Below, piece after piece: positions 50,195 to 60,697 of a stretch of 64,000 nt of DNA. This DNA is from Candidatus Latescibacterota bacterium (lineage in GTDB: Bacteria > Latescibacterota > UBA2968). Location: assembly GCA_965207885.1 (NCBI GenBank), contig OZ242311.1, positions 224,001 to 288,000 of the forward strand, written 5' to 3'. Position 1 is the first letter of the stretch. The number at the start of each line of letters is the position of its first letter. The notes beneath the pieces were generated by a model, which was given only the letters and a program-made list of their open reading frames with translations, was not told where the DNA came from and ran no database searches. Made by a program: the position numbers and the translations under genes.

Positions 50195-52482
50195 GGTTGA
50201 CAATGGTAGAAGTCAAAATCAGCAAAGCTATCAGGCGTGCATTGACTTTGATGGAGGGCCATCCGGCTATTTGTCATGTGGCAATTTCATCTTTTGATAA
50301 AGCCATGAGGACAACCAGCGTCAATGCGACGTTTGATGTTAGTTTGCCGAATGCGTGGAGGTCCTCCGGAGAAAGTCCTTCAGGTGTCAGGCTCAAAGAA
50401 GAGGTACGTTTCGATTTCCCTAACGACTTTCCTTTCAGCCCTCCACGTATATCATTACGCAGGGATTTCAATCGCAATCTGCCTCACATGCAGCCGTATT
50501 TGCTTTCCGGGCGACCGGTTCCCTGTATCTACGATGGTGATATTACCGAACTTCTTCACCAAGAAAGATTGGTCGGCATTCTCAATCAGGTCTCTGTTTG
50601 GCTTGATCGCGCTGCTACGCTTACCCTTATGGATCCAGAACAAGGGTGGGAACCCGTCCGTCGCGACACGTTTGAGTCATATATTGTCGCTGACGCCGAC
50701 AAATTCCGTGGATTGGTAAACCGCAGAGGTGGATACAAATTCTTTGAGTTTGAATATCTGAGGAATACCACTAATGGCTATAAAGGCTTTGTTCGCGGAC
50801 TAATTTCTCCCTCGGTACTCAAAGTAAACTATAATGCAGTACCCAAAATATATAAGGAGAAACCGTTAGATCCGCCTCTTCGTTACGGCAAATCACTGGC
50901 GTTGCTCGTCTGGCCGGGTAAGCTCCCGTCAGGTAAGTTGATTGTCGCGGACTCGTACCTTCCCGAAACTGTGAGTAATGTTGATAGCCTTAAGGAACGC
51001 GCTAAATCGTACGGTTGTCTCAAGGAACTTGACTCTGGTCTCAATTGGCTGAAGCGATGCCTATCGCGAGATGTAGAAGCCGGTCCACTCACCATAGCAA
51101 TTGTACTCATGGCACGTCGTCCGTTCAAGGTAATTGGAAGTCAAAGCTGTATTGAGTTATGTCCATATATTGTGGACATTTACACCCCTGATTTATTCTT
51201 GGAAGGTGGGGAAACAGCAGTGCGACCAGCCATACATCTCCAAACAGTAAGCCGTTCCCTCCTCGCTCAATTGTCAGGCGGTACAGCACAATCGGAACGA
51301 CCGTACTGGACACTTGTCGGTGCAGGTAGTCTGGGATCAAAGTTGGCCCTTCATCTTGCGCGAGCTGGATATGCACCTGAAATCGTTCTGGATAAGTCGC
51401 CAATGTTACCGCACAATGCGGCGCGGCATGCACTTATTCCTCCGACAGGCGGTCCGCAACTTCTTGGGATGGATGCCAAGGCCAGAAGGCTGTGTGATGC
51501 ACTGAGCGGATTGGATCAGAAAGCAACACCGATCATAGAAAATGTTGTCAGCATATTAAAATCCAAAACTAAGGTGCGACGTGTCTGTTCAAAGGATTCA
51601 TGGGCGATTGTAAACGCAACAGCCTCTTTGGCTGTCCGTCAAGCTTTTGCATTGACCGAATCGCTGACCACGCGGGTTATTGAGACTTCCTTATTTGCAG
51701 GTGGCATTGTCGGAATAATTACGACCGAGGGGCCAGACCGAAATCCAAACACCGCCGATCTGATAGCTGAATGCTACGGAATCCTGCGAGAAGATCCAGA
51801 CTTAGCGCATATCGTATTCAGAAGTGATGACGCGATGTCACGCCAAAGCATTGGTCAAGGTTGCGGCTCTCTGACGATGACTATGTCGGATGGACGCTTG
51901 TCACTATTTGCCGCTGGAATGTCTGAATACTTGCTGGCAAAGCAGCGCAATGGATTGCCCAGTGCCGGTGGTGAAATTCTTATAGGTCGGTTATCCGCAG
52001 ATGGGCTTGGTCTAGAATGGTGTGTTCACCAAATTTCGCCAGCGACAGTCGTGAATACAATAAACGGGGGAAAATGGCGCGTTCACATTCATCCGCGAGC
52101 AGTGGCGAAGATTGAGCAAGAAAGAATATGCCACCCGAAGGTCGAGACAGGTGGCGTACTTATGGGCCGAATTTCGGAGGCGTCCCAAATTATTAATGTT
52201 GTTGACGTTTTGGGTGCGCCAGAGGATAGCACACGATCGGCAACTGAATTTGTTCTTGGTACCAAAGGATTAAGTAGCCAGATGAGGACCTACTCAGAGT
52301 CAGTCGGTGGGTCGCTCTACTGTCTCGGCACTTGGCACAGCCATATTTCCGTAAGTGGCCCATCCTCGACAGACCGGGCAACCGCAAAGGCAATTGACCT
52401 ATCACGTCTTTGCCCATCGGTTCTCTTGATAAGCACTCCTGTAGGTTTTCAAGCACTTTTGGCTGACGAGGTAGGTAAATGA
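50191..52482 (+). CDS. Prokaryotic E2-E1(ThiF)-JAB fusion protein
   Basis: E2 (FPNDFPFSPP..PH..PCIY), E1 (GAGSLGS, HNAARH, GQGCGS), JAB (ETGG..WHSH..PSSTD). Confidence 0.92.
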   Translation: MRLTMVEVKISKAIRRALTLMEGHPAICHVAISSFDKAMRTTSVNATFDVSLPNAWRSSGESPSGVRLKEEVRFDFPNDFPFSPPRISLRRDFNRNLPHMQPYLLSGRPVPCIYDGDITELLHQERLVGILNQVSVWLDRAATLTLMDPEQGWEPVRRDTFESYIVADADKFRGLVNRRGGYKFFEFEYLRNTTNGYKGFVRGLISPSVLKVNYNAVPKIYKEKPLDPPLRYGKSLALLVWPGKLPSGKLIVADSYLPETVSNVDSLKERAKSYGCLKELDSGLNWLKRCLSRDVEAGPLTIAIVLMARRPFKVIGSQSCIELCPYIVDIYTPDLFLEGGETAVRPAIHLQTVSRSLLAQLSGGTAQSERPYWTLVGAGSLGSKLALHLARAGYAPEIVLDKSPMLPHNAARHALIPPTGGPQLLGMDAKARRLCDALSGLDQKATPIIENVVSILKSKTKVRRVCSKDSWAIVNATASLAVRQAFALTESLTTRVIETSLFAGGIVGIITTEGPDRNPNTADLIAECYGILREDPDLAHIVFRSDDAMSRQSIGQGCGSLTMTMSDGRLSLFAAGMSEYLLAKQRNGLPSAGGEILIGRLSADGLGLEWCVHQISPATVVNTINGGKWRVHIHPRAVAKIEQERICHPKVETGGVLMGRISEASQIINVVDVLGAPEDSTRSATEFVLGTKGLSSQMRTYSESVGGSLYCLGTWHSHISVSGPSSTDRATAKAIDLSRLCPSVLLISTPVGFQALLADEVGK

Positions 52483-53231
52483 ATAATATTAGTATGCTAA
52501 TTAGCGATCCGTATGACCGAAAAGCTCGGCTAAAACCTGCGCTTTTGGCTCTACTTCCCCTTATTTTTTTGTGTATATCTCTATTTCCTGAGATTCAATC
52601 AATATGGTCCACTGTGGGAGGAATAGTGGTATATTGCGGTAGCACAATGTTGCTCATTCAGTTTGGTCGTAACTGGGGGAAACTACTTGAACCATCACTT
52701 TTTCGAGCATGGGGTGGTAAACCTTCAGTAGCTATGCTGCGGCATTGCGACACGCGCCTCTCCCAAGATCAGAAAAATCGGTATCGAGCCTTCTTAGAGC
52801 GAAATGTTCCGAAGTTGAAGTTAGCATCCCCGGAGGAGGAAGAAAAAAGTCTTACTCAAGCCGATGATGGATATGAGAGTGCTACCGCTTGGTTATTGAC
52901 TCGGACAACAGATCACGAACGTTTTAAACTGATTTTTGAGGAGAATATCAATTACGGATTTCGTCGAAATATAAGAGGTCTTAAGCCCATAGCGATTATT
53001 TTGGATATTATCGTCATCACAATCTTCTTGATTTGGTACAGTTCGCTATGGACAGGCGAAATTCTTTCTACCCTGAATTCTATCGATATATACGGACAGA
53101 TCACTGGGATACTTGTCATTCTCCACTTGTTTTCTTTTTTATTTTTTATCACGCGAGACTGGATACGCCCATCGGCTGAGGCTTATGCTCGACAATTGCT
53201 TGCTGCATGCGACCATTTAGAACAGTCTTAA
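52479..53231 (+). CDS. Membrane protein (~4 TM), last gene of the MBL/E2-E1-JAB operon
   Basis: ATGA overlap with the previous gene; hydrophobic segments; YDRKARLKPA, WGGKPS, ENINYGFRRN. Confidence 0.8.
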   Translation: MNNISMLISDPYDRKARLKPALLALLPLIFLCISLFPEIQSIWSTVGGIVVYCGSTMLLIQFGRNWGKLLEPSLFRAWGGKPSVAMLRHCDTRLSQDQKNRYRAFLERNVPKLKLASPEEEEKSLTQADDGYESATAWLLTRTTDHERFKLIFEENINYGFRRNIRGLKPIAIILDIIVITIFLIWYSSLWTGEILSTLNSIDIYGQITGILVILHLFSFLFFITRDWIRPSAEAYARQLLAACDHLEQS

Positions 53232-53324
53232 TCAAATCAGTAAACAGAATTGAAGCACGGTTTGGCGAAGGCCCAAACAAAGACACAACGACTATATAGC
53301 AAGTTGAAGAGGCTAATAGCGAAT

Positions 53325-53362
53325 AAGGGGAGCGGATTAAGTCCACTCCCTTTTTCTTTTTT
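53325..53362 (+). terminator. Intrinsic terminator closing the MBL operon
   Basis: AAGGGGAGCGGA-TTAAG-TCCACTCCCTTT followed by a T-tract. Confidence 0.75.
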
Positions 53363-53430
53363 AGCCCAGAGGATAATTATGTATTGTGCTGTACTTGATT
53401 ATTGGGTAATATAATCAGTAAATTTTTTTG

Positions 53431-53519
53431 TTGACTATCCGAAATTTATGACTGATAATAAGCAAGTTTTTACCACAACATTTTGTGCTCTTTTTTCGTT
53501 AATGACAAAATATTGTGTC
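53431..53519 (+). promoter_or_regulatory. Sigma-70 promoter followed by tandem NrdR boxes
   Basis: TTGACT-17-GATAAT; CCACAACATTTTGTGC (53473-53488) and GACAAAATATTGTGTC (53504-53519), 31 bp apart. Confidence 0.72.
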
Positions 53520-53675
53520 ATAAATAAAAGGTCTGCAATAATTTAAAGCGATTCCCCAATCGCTTTAAGACCATTTCCTCTCCCTTCCATTTCTCCCTCT
53601 GTCGTCTCCTTGCGACTCATCGCACTGGCGACCTTATTTTTTTAGATAGATTCGACGCAATCATCATTCGGCAAA

Positions 53676-53828
53676 ATGACCCGATTGCTCATCCATGTCG
53701 AGGGCGAAACCGAAGAAACTTTTGTAAACGAGATACTCGGACCGCATCTTTACGCCTGTGGCTATACGATGGTCAGTGCTCGTCTGGATAGACGATTCAC
53801 CTCGCACCGTACACTCCAAGCGTTATGA
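53676..53828 (+). pseudogene. N-terminal fragment of a second DUF4276-type TOPRIM gene (50 codons)
   Basis: MTRLLIHVEGETEETFVNEILGPHLYACGYTMVSARL...; its stop overlaps the ATPase start (ATGA). Confidence 0.7.
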
Positions 53829-55099
53829 ATTTATCTATCTCACAACCACGCCCTCCAGCACGTATCGAATACCTGAAGGTGCAGAACTTTCGTGCTTTGC
53901 GAGAGGTTGAATTCAAGGAATTGACACCGCTGACTGTGTTACTCGGTCCCAATGGCAGCGGCAAATCAACAGTATTTGACGTATTTGCGTTTCTATCTGA
54001 ATGCTTTGAGGTGGGTTTGCGCCGCGCCTGGGATCAGCGTGGACGCGCCAAAGAACTGCGGACGCGGGGCAACATCAATCCCGTTGTCATCGAACTCAAG
54101 TACCGCGAACGACCAGGCACACCTCTGATCACTTATCACTTGGCTATTGACGAAGACCGCAATCGTCCCGTTGTAATGGAGGAGTGGTTACAATGGCGGC
54201 GCGGACAACGTGGCAGACCATTCCGATTCCTCGATTATCGCGAGGGACAGGGCAGGGCGATCAGCGGTGAGCAACCAGACGACGAATTGGACATGCACAA
54301 CGAGGGAATGATCCAATTAGACCCGCGCAACGAAGTACCGCTCCAATCGCCCGATCTGCTGGCAGTCAATGCCTTGGGACAACTTGCCGCTCACCCGCAC
54401 GTAGCAGCACTGCGCGACTTCATTACCGGATGGCATGTGTCATACCTATCGGCAAACAGCGCACGGGGTCAGCCTGAAGCAGGACCGCAGGAGCGACTGT
54501 CAAGAAGCGGCGACAATCTTGCCAATGTTATACAGCACCTCGCAGAGCAACATCCCGACCGGCTTAACCAGATCTTTGAGGTGCTACGCCAGCGCGTGCC
54601 GCGTATTGAGCGCGTGCTATCAGATATCATGCCCGATGGCCGTCTATTGTTGCAGATCAAGGACGCGCCATTCAGCAACCCGGTGTTGGCGCGATTCGCT
54701 TCTGATGGCACATTGAAAATATTGGCTTATCTGGTACTGTTATACGACCCCGAACCACCACCCTTCATCGGCATTGAAGAACCGGAAAACTTCTTGCACC
54801 CTCGATTGCTTTCGGAACTTGCCGAAGAATGCCGTGCGGCCTGCGAACGCACACAGTTATTGGCGACCACGCATTCGCCGTTTTTCCTGAACGCACTGCG
54901 CCCCGAAGAGGTACGCGTTCTCTGGCGCGACGAGCAAGGGTACACACAAACAAGCCGCGTCGCAGATATACCTGGCATACCGGAATTTGTCGAAGAGGGT
55001 GCATATCTCGGCCATCTATGGATGGAAGGATATTTCAACCTAGGAGACCCGCTGGACAGACATGGTGAACCGACTTCTCCTCTGGGGGGACGCGGGTAA
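53825..55099 (+). CDS. ABC-fold (AAA_21/SMC-like) ATPase
   Basis: [20 protein letters not shown] signature, [15 protein letters not shown]. Confidence 0.92.
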   Translation: MNLSISQPRPPARIEYLKVQNFRALREVEFKELTPLTVLLGPNGSGKSTVFDVFAFLSECFEVGLRRAWDQRGRAKELRTRGNINPVVIELKYRERPGTPLITYHLAIDEDRNRPVVMEEWLQWRRGQRGRPFRFLDYREGQGRAISGEQPDDELDMHNEGMIQLDPRNEVPLQSPDLLAVNALGQLAAHPHVAALRDFITGWHVSYLSANSARGQPEAGPQERLSRSGDNLANVIQHLAEQHPDRLNQIFEVLRQRVPRIERVLSDIMPDGRLLLQIKDAPFSNPVLARFASDGTLKILAYLVLLYDPEPPPFIGIEEPENFLHPRLLSELAEECRAACERTQLLATTHSPFFLNALRPEEVRVLWRDEQGYTQTSRVADIPGIPEFVEEGAYLGHLWMEGYFNLGDPLDRHGEPTSPLGGRG

Positions 55100-55716
55100 T
55101 GACGGCACAACATCTGGAATTACTCGTCGAAGAACCCTCAATGGAGGCCTTCTTGCGAGAGTTGTTGCCGCGTATGCTGTCCGCGGAATGCACATTCAAA
55201 ATTCATCCGTTTCAGGGGAAGCCAGACCTATTGGACAAGTTGCAAAATCGTCTGCAAGCCTATGCAAAATGGTTACCCAACAACTATCGCATCTTCGTAG
55301 TCGTTGACTGCGATAACGACGACTGCGAACAATTAAAACAAAAACTGGAAAACATTGCTTCTCGGACTCAGTTGCTCACCCGCTCACAGGCCCGTGGTCG
55401 CCCATGGCAACTGGTCAACCGCATTGCCATTGAAGAACTGGAGGCATGGTACTTCGGCGACTGGCAGGCGGTGTGTAATGCTTATCCGAGGGTTTCAAAA
55501 AAAATTCCCAATCAAGCACGCTATCGCCACCCCGATGCAATCCGCGGAGGCACCTGGGAAGCTTTCGAACGCATCTTGAAGCGACATGGCTACTTTAAAA
55601 CTGGACTACGCAAGACGGAGGCTGCCAGAGATGTTGGTATTCATATCGATTCTAATCGTAGCCGTTCGCACAGTTTCGTGAAATTTCGCGAAGCCATTAT
55701 TGAGGCAACTGCTTGA
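55099..55716 (+). CDS. DUF4276-family TOPRIM-like protein
   Basis: LLVEEPSME, VVVDCD (DxD), IEELEAWYFGD, SHSF; TAATG coupling to the ATPase. Confidence 0.85.
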   Translation: MTAQHLELLVEEPSMEAFLRELLPRMLSAECTFKIHPFQGKPDLLDKLQNRLQAYAKWLPNNYRIFVVVDCDNDDCEQLKQKLENIASRTQLLTRSQARGRPWQLVNRIAIEELEAWYFGDWQAVCNAYPRVSKKIPNQARYRHPDAIRGGTWEAFERILKRHGYFKTGLRKTEAARDVGIHIDSNRSRSHSFVKFREAIIEATA

Positions 55717-55755
55717 ACCATTATTATATTTCATTTTTTTTAAAGGAGTTGTGAT

Positions 55756-56943
55756 ATGGCTAAGCTCATATTTGAAGACGAAGATGTTGAAAGTCATGCA
55801 AATATGGACTACCAAAACGGTGGTCACGCGCAGCAAAACGGTATTCATGCACCCGTTGAAGCGGATAACACTGACGTGCCATCCGCGCTGTGTTGTGGTG
55901 CCACTGGCGAAGCGTATGACCTGACCAAGCGCATCAACCCGGAAGACAAGCGATTGCTCAACTGCCGGCAGGTAGATGTGAACCAGTTGATGCCTCTCAA
56001 ATACGAATGGGCATGGGAGCACTATCTCAACGGATGTGCCAATCACTGGATGCCGACAGAAGTGCCCATGCAGCGCGACATAGAACTCTGGCGTTCAAAT
56101 GCACTGAACGACGCCGAGCGAAAAGTCATCTTGCGAAACCTCGGATTCTTCAGCACGGGCGAAAGCCTCGTCGGCAACAACATCGTACTCGCCATCTTCA
56201 AACACATCACAAACTCCGAAGCCCGGCAATACCTCTTGCGCCAGGCATTTGAAGAAGCCATACACACGCACACATTCCACTACATCGTCGAATCCCTGGG
56301 GCTAAACGCGCGCGAAGTATTCAACATGTATCACGAAGTCGCCTCCATTGAAGGCAAAGACAAATTCGTGATGGAACTAACCGAAGATGTACTGGACCCC
56401 AATTTTACAACACAAAGCATTGAAGGCATACAGAAATTCGTGAAAAATCTCATCGGCTTTTACGTCATCATGGAAGGCATCTTCTTTTACAGCGGCTTTG
56501 TAATGATCCTCTCCTTCCATCGGCAAAACCGCATGACCGGCATCGGCGAACAATTCCAGTACATCCTGCGCGACGAAACCATACATCTGAATTTTGGCAT
56601 CGACCTGATCAACACCATAAAACTCGAAAATCCAGAAATATGGACAACGGAACTGCAGCGCGACATCTACGACCTCATCCACGAAGCCGTGGAATACGAA
56701 GTCATCTATTCACGGGATTGTGTGCCCGACGGCGTACTGGGCCTCAATGAAGACTTATTCCGCGAATACGTGCAATTCATCGCCGACCGCCGATTGGAAC
56801 GAATCGGCCTACAAAGCGTATATGGATCGAAAAATCCATTCCCGTGGATGGGAGAAACCATTGACATCGCAAAAGAAAAGAACTTCTTTGAAACGCGCGT
56901 CACGGATTATCAAAGCGCGGGATCCTTACAGTGGGATGATTAA
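55756..56943 (+). CDS. nrdB: Ribonucleotide reductase beta subunit with class Ic (Mn/Fe) signature
   Basis: [49 protein letters not shown]. Confidence 0.96.
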   Translation: MAKLIFEDEDVESHANMDYQNGGHAQQNGIHAPVEADNTDVPSALCCGATGEAYDLTKRINPEDKRLLNCRQVDVNQLMPLKYEWAWEHYLNGCANHWMPTEVPMQRDIELWRSNALNDAERKVILRNLGFFSTGESLVGNNIVLAIFKHITNSEARQYLLRQAFEEAIHTHTFHYIVESLGLNAREVFNMYHEVASIEGKDKFVMELTEDVLDPNFTTQSIEGIQKFVKNLIGFYVIMEGIFFYSGFVMILSFHRQNRMTGIGEQFQYILRDETIHLNFGIDLINTIKLENPEIWTTELQRDIYDLIHEAVEYEVIYSRDCVPDGVLGLNEDLFREYVQFIADRRLERIGLQSVYGSKNPFPWMGETIDIAKEKNFFETRVTDYQSAGSLQWDD

Positions 56944-57008
56944 ACCTGAAACTTGAACAATAAATACATCTATTCAGGCTGACGGGGGAAGGGAAATCAG
57001 AGCCTGAT

Positions 57009-57046
57009 ACGGGGTGGAAGACAAAAATCTTCCACCCTGTTTTTTT
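57009..57046 (+). terminator. Intrinsic terminator between convergent nrdB and epmA
   Basis: GGGTGGAAGA-CAAAAA-TCTTCCACCC followed by a T-tract. Confidence 0.8.
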
Positions 57047-58298
57047 ATTGATCAGCCATGGGAAAAGCCATAACCTCGCTTATAGAAGACGCCCCAGTAA
57101 GAAGCATAATGAGACGATCCACCCCAAGCGCAACACCGCCAGAAGGCGGCATCCCGTATTCGAGCGCCGCGAGAAAACGCTCGTCAATCGGATAAGCCGG
57201 ATTCCCCTCCCTCACGCGCTGGGCGGCCTCCTCTTCCAACCGCTGGCGTTGCTCATCCGGATCATTCAACTCTGTAAACGCATTGCACAACTCCACCCCC
57301 GCAATATAAACCTCAAAACGCTCAGCCAGATCTGGCGCACTGGACTTGCGTTTGGCAAGCGCCGCCATCGGCGCGGGATAATCGTACAAAATCGCTGGCT
57401 TCTGCACACCCAGATGTGGTTCAACCCGATCGAGAAAAACCTTGAAAAACGCGACATCTGGCGGATCGTCTCTATCAACCGTCGAAAGTCCCGCCTGCCT
57501 GATAAACGCAGCCGTCTCCGAATAGGGATCAGCAGTGATACCAGCATAGCGCAACATCGCCTCCCGCACAGAAAGACGCTCCCACGGCGGCGTCAGATCA
57601 ACCGCGCATTGATCCGTCCGCACAACAGGCACTCCACATAAATCTGTCGCCAGTTCGGCAATCAAATATTCGGTATCCACCATAATATCGGTATAATCCG
57701 CGAACGCGCGATACCACTCCAGCATCGTAAACTCCGGCGTATGCATCCTCCCAACAGGCTCGTGCCGAAACACCTTGCAAACCTGGTATATCCGTTCAAA
57801 CCCAGCCGCCAGCAGGCGTTTCATCGCATACTCGGGCGACGTATGCAGATAAAACTGACGCATCTCATACATCGTCTGAAACGCCTCGAGATGCGGCTCC
57901 ATACCCGGTTGCGGCACCATCAGAGAGGTCTCAACCTCAACAAAATCCTTCTCATCAAAAAAGCGGCGAATCCCCGAGATAATTTTGGCGCGCTTGCGCA
58001 AATTGGCCTGCACACTCTGGGATAAAGCCCCCGCGCCACCACGCGACGGCACCAGCACCCGTAGCCCCGTAACAGAAAAACCATTGTCTTCAAAACGACC
58101 CTCAACCTCCACAATATTCCCCGCCCGTCCCGCATCCGCAGTATTAAAACCCAGACGCACCGTCCCCGTCTCATCGGACAACGTATCGCTATCTACAAGC
58201 CGGCCGGCCAAAACTGCAAACGCACCCGCCTGAAGTTCACAGATCCGATGCGTACGCTTACACCGTGCGGGATATTGGGGGGATGGATAATCGCGCAT
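57045..58298 (-). CDS. epmA: EF-P lysine aminoacylase (EpmA/GenX) with N-terminal extension
   Basis: [62 protein letters not shown]. Confidence 0.9.
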   Translation of the reverse strand: MRDYPSPQYPARCKRTHRICELQAGAFAVLAGRLVDSDTLSDETGTVRLGFNTADAGRAGNIVEVEGRFEDNGFSVTGLRVLVPSRGGAGALSQSVQANLRKRAKIISGIRRFFDEKDFVEVETSLMVPQPGMEPHLEAFQTMYEMRQFYLHTSPEYAMKRLLAAGFERIYQVCKVFRHEPVGRMHTPEFTMLEWYRAFADYTDIMVDTEYLIAELATDLCGVPVVRTDQCAVDLTPPWERLSVREAMLRYAGITADPYSETAAFIRQAGLSTVDRDDPPDVAFFKVFLDRVEPHLGVQKPAILYDYPAPMAALAKRKSSAPDLAERFEVYIAGVELCNAFTELNDPDEQRQRLEEEAAQRVREGNPAYPIDERFLAALEYGMPPSGGVALGVDRLIMLLTGASSISEVMAFPMADQ

Positions 58299-58405
58299 AT
58301 TTTCCTCATCTCTCGATTGACGGTCAAATCCAATGTCATATATTACGTGTTATCGCCTTCTTAACGCAAAAAATTTAATCCCCTACAATCACAAAAGGAA
58401 CCACC

Positions 58406-59251
58406 ATGCGCCCGTACATCTGTTGTCACAACCACATCGGACGAACAATTAACCGCGCACCCACCGTCGGGCAAAATGCCCAGATGTGCTTATCCCGCTT
58501 TGCCGAAACCGACATTTACGCAGCCATATCAATGCCAACAGCCGTGGGCAGCCCGATCACCCGGGGAATACAGGACATAAGGGAACAAAACGAAGCCATT
58601 GCCCGCGCCTGCAAAAAATTTCCCCACGTATTTCCCATAGGCATGGCACTCATCGAGCCGCGATTCGGCGAACTCGGCATCGAAGAAGCCGAAAAAGCCA
58701 TGGACGACCTGGGCCTCGTCGGAATCGCCGGACATCCCCCGATGAAAGAAGAAATCCTCCCCATGGTAGAAGTCGCAGCCGCGCGAAACGGACTGTGCAA
58801 CCTGCACTGGCACGACAGCTTGATGGACCGCACCGCCCGAACATTTCCAAACGCACAATTTATCGTACACGCCAGCACCTGGGCTGCGGAAAACCTATCA
58901 CAGCACGACAACATCTGGTTCGAAGTCGTACAATACCCCGATGGACGGGGATCCACATGGGACTTCAAATGGTTCGCCGATAAAGTCGGACGCGAGCGAC
59001 TCATCTTTGGCGCAGACCTGCCGTATTACGACTACCGCTTCCTCCAGCGCGTAATAGAAGAAGCCGACTGCGACGACGACTTGAAAGATCGAATCGCCCA
59101 TCAAAATGTCCTGGCCCTGATCAAACAATACAAACCCGACTGGACATTGCCGACGCAGCCGCCTCAAGCCCCCCGTGTGTACGATCCAGACAGACTCTGG
59201 GCTTGCAGCCCGGATCAGACAGATCGGTTGACCGTAGATATCTTGCCTTGA
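58406..59251 (+). CDS. Amidohydrolase-family protein
   Basis: CHNHIG, GHP, LH, IVHA, RLIFGADLPY. Confidence 0.8.
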   Translation: MRPYICCHNHIGRTINRAPTVGQNAQMCLSRFAETDIYAAISMPTAVGSPITRGIQDIREQNEAIARACKKFPHVFPIGMALIEPRFGELGIEEAEKAMDDLGLVGIAGHPPMKEEILPMVEVAAARNGLCNLHWHDSLMDRTARTFPNAQFIVHASTWAAENLSQHDNIWFEVVQYPDGRGSTWDFKWFADKVGRERLIFGADLPYYDYRFLQRVIEEADCDDDLKDRIAHQNVLALIKQYKPDWTLPTQPPQAPRVYDPDRLWACSPDQTDRLTVDILP

Positions 59252-59260
59252 GGAACAAAA

Positions 59261-60634
59261 ATGATCGGCAAACAACCAAACATAATCGTATTTCTAACCG
59301 ACGACCAGGGCTATGGCGACCTGGGCATCTACGGAAACCCGGACCTGGACACGCCCCACATCGACCGCATCGGCCAGGAAGGCCTGTGCCTGAACCAGCA
59401 CTACACCGCATCCCCAATCTGTGCGCCAGCCCGCGCCGCTTTTTTAACCGGACGCTACAATCACCGCGTAGGCGCACTGAGCGTAGAGTCAAACCGCGGA
59501 CTGGACCGAATCGCACTCGGCGAATCCACAATCGCGGATCTATTCAAAGCAAACGGCTATGCAACGGGAATGGTGGGAAAATGGCACAATGGACTACACG
59601 ACATGCGGTATCATCCGAACAACCGGGGCTTCGATGAATTCGCGGGATTCTTGAACGGAGGGATGAATTACTGGAACTGGATCATCGAATACAACGGACA
59701 GCCGAAATGGTCAGACGGCCGGTATCTCACCGACGTATTCACACAGGACGCCATTGAATTTATCAAACGGCACAAAACAGAGCCGTTCTTTCTCTACATA
59801 GCCTACAATGCGCCGCACGGACCACTCGAAGCGCCAGAAGAAGACATCCGCCCCTTTGAAGAAATGGAAAAATTCACCCGCGCTGTGTGCCTCACCTACG
59901 GAATGATCCGGCGGATGGACACCGGAATCGGACAAATCCTGGACACACTCGAACAACACGGCCTGGCGGAAGACACCATCGTACTGTACACCAGCGACAA
60001 CGGACCGGTCCACCTCGGCAAAGGAGAAAACAACCAGACCCGCTACAACGGGCCATTTCGGGGGATGAAATATGATGTACTCGAAGGCGGAATCCGCGTA
60101 CCGGGCCTGATCCGCTGGCCAGCGGGCTTGCCGCAAGGCGAGACATATGACGGCATGCTGCATTTTACAGACTGGATGCCCACGCTATTACAGGCCTGCA
60201 GAATTGACATGCAGACGCCTTCTGATGGGATGGATGTCATCCCCGCATTACAGGGTGAACCCGAAAAACTACCGACCAAACGATTCTGGCAATTCAACCG
60301 CTACGATCCCATCGGCACATGCAATGCCGCGATGCGGGATGGGGAATGGAAACTCTACTGGCCTCGCATTGAAGAAGCCATGCAAAAAATGAGATCGGAC
60401 AATCCACCATTCCAGAAAAATCTCGAAGTCCCGCATTTTCTCATGAACGTGGAAAACCCACCCGTGGAGCGGACACTATCACCACCAGGCGACCCAGAAC
60501 TCTACAATATTGGCAACGACCCGCACGAAAACATCAACCTCGCCCAACAACAGCCAAACCGCGTACACCGCATGAAACGCGAACTGGAAACGTGGTTTGA
60601 AGCCGTAGAAGCAGATCGGCGGCGCATCGTTTAA
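59261..60634 (+). CDS. Arylsulfatase-family (formylglycine) sulfatase
   Basis: PNIIVFLTDDQGYGD, CAPARAAFLTGR (CxPxR), GKWH, SDNG, EGGIRVP. Confidence 0.93.
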   Translation: MIGKQPNIIVFLTDDQGYGDLGIYGNPDLDTPHIDRIGQEGLCLNQHYTASPICAPARAAFLTGRYNHRVGALSVESNRGLDRIALGESTIADLFKANGYATGMVGKWHNGLHDMRYHPNNRGFDEFAGFLNGGMNYWNWIIEYNGQPKWSDGRYLTDVFTQDAIEFIKRHKTEPFFLYIAYNAPHGPLEAPEEDIRPFEEMEKFTRAVCLTYGMIRRMDTGIGQILDTLEQHGLAEDTIVLYTSDNGPVHLGKGENNQTRYNGPFRGMKYDVLEGGIRVPGLIRWPAGLPQGETYDGMLHFTDWMPTLLQACRIDMQTPSDGMDVIPALQGEPEKLPTKRFWQFNRYDPIGTCNAAMRDGEWKLYWPRIEEAMQKMRSDNPPFQKNLEVPHFLMNVENPPVERTLSPPGDPELYNIGNDPHENINLAQQQPNRVHRMKRELETWFEAVEADRRRIV

Positions 60635-60697
60635 TCAAGTCCTCTATAAACCTGTAATCGGTACAAATCTCAAGTTTAACTTGAAATATGTACCGAT

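Noticed and set aside
49043-53231. CBASS or Pycsar
   Set aside because: E1/E2/JAB domains are present but there is no CD-NTase or cyclase; the partner is an MBL.
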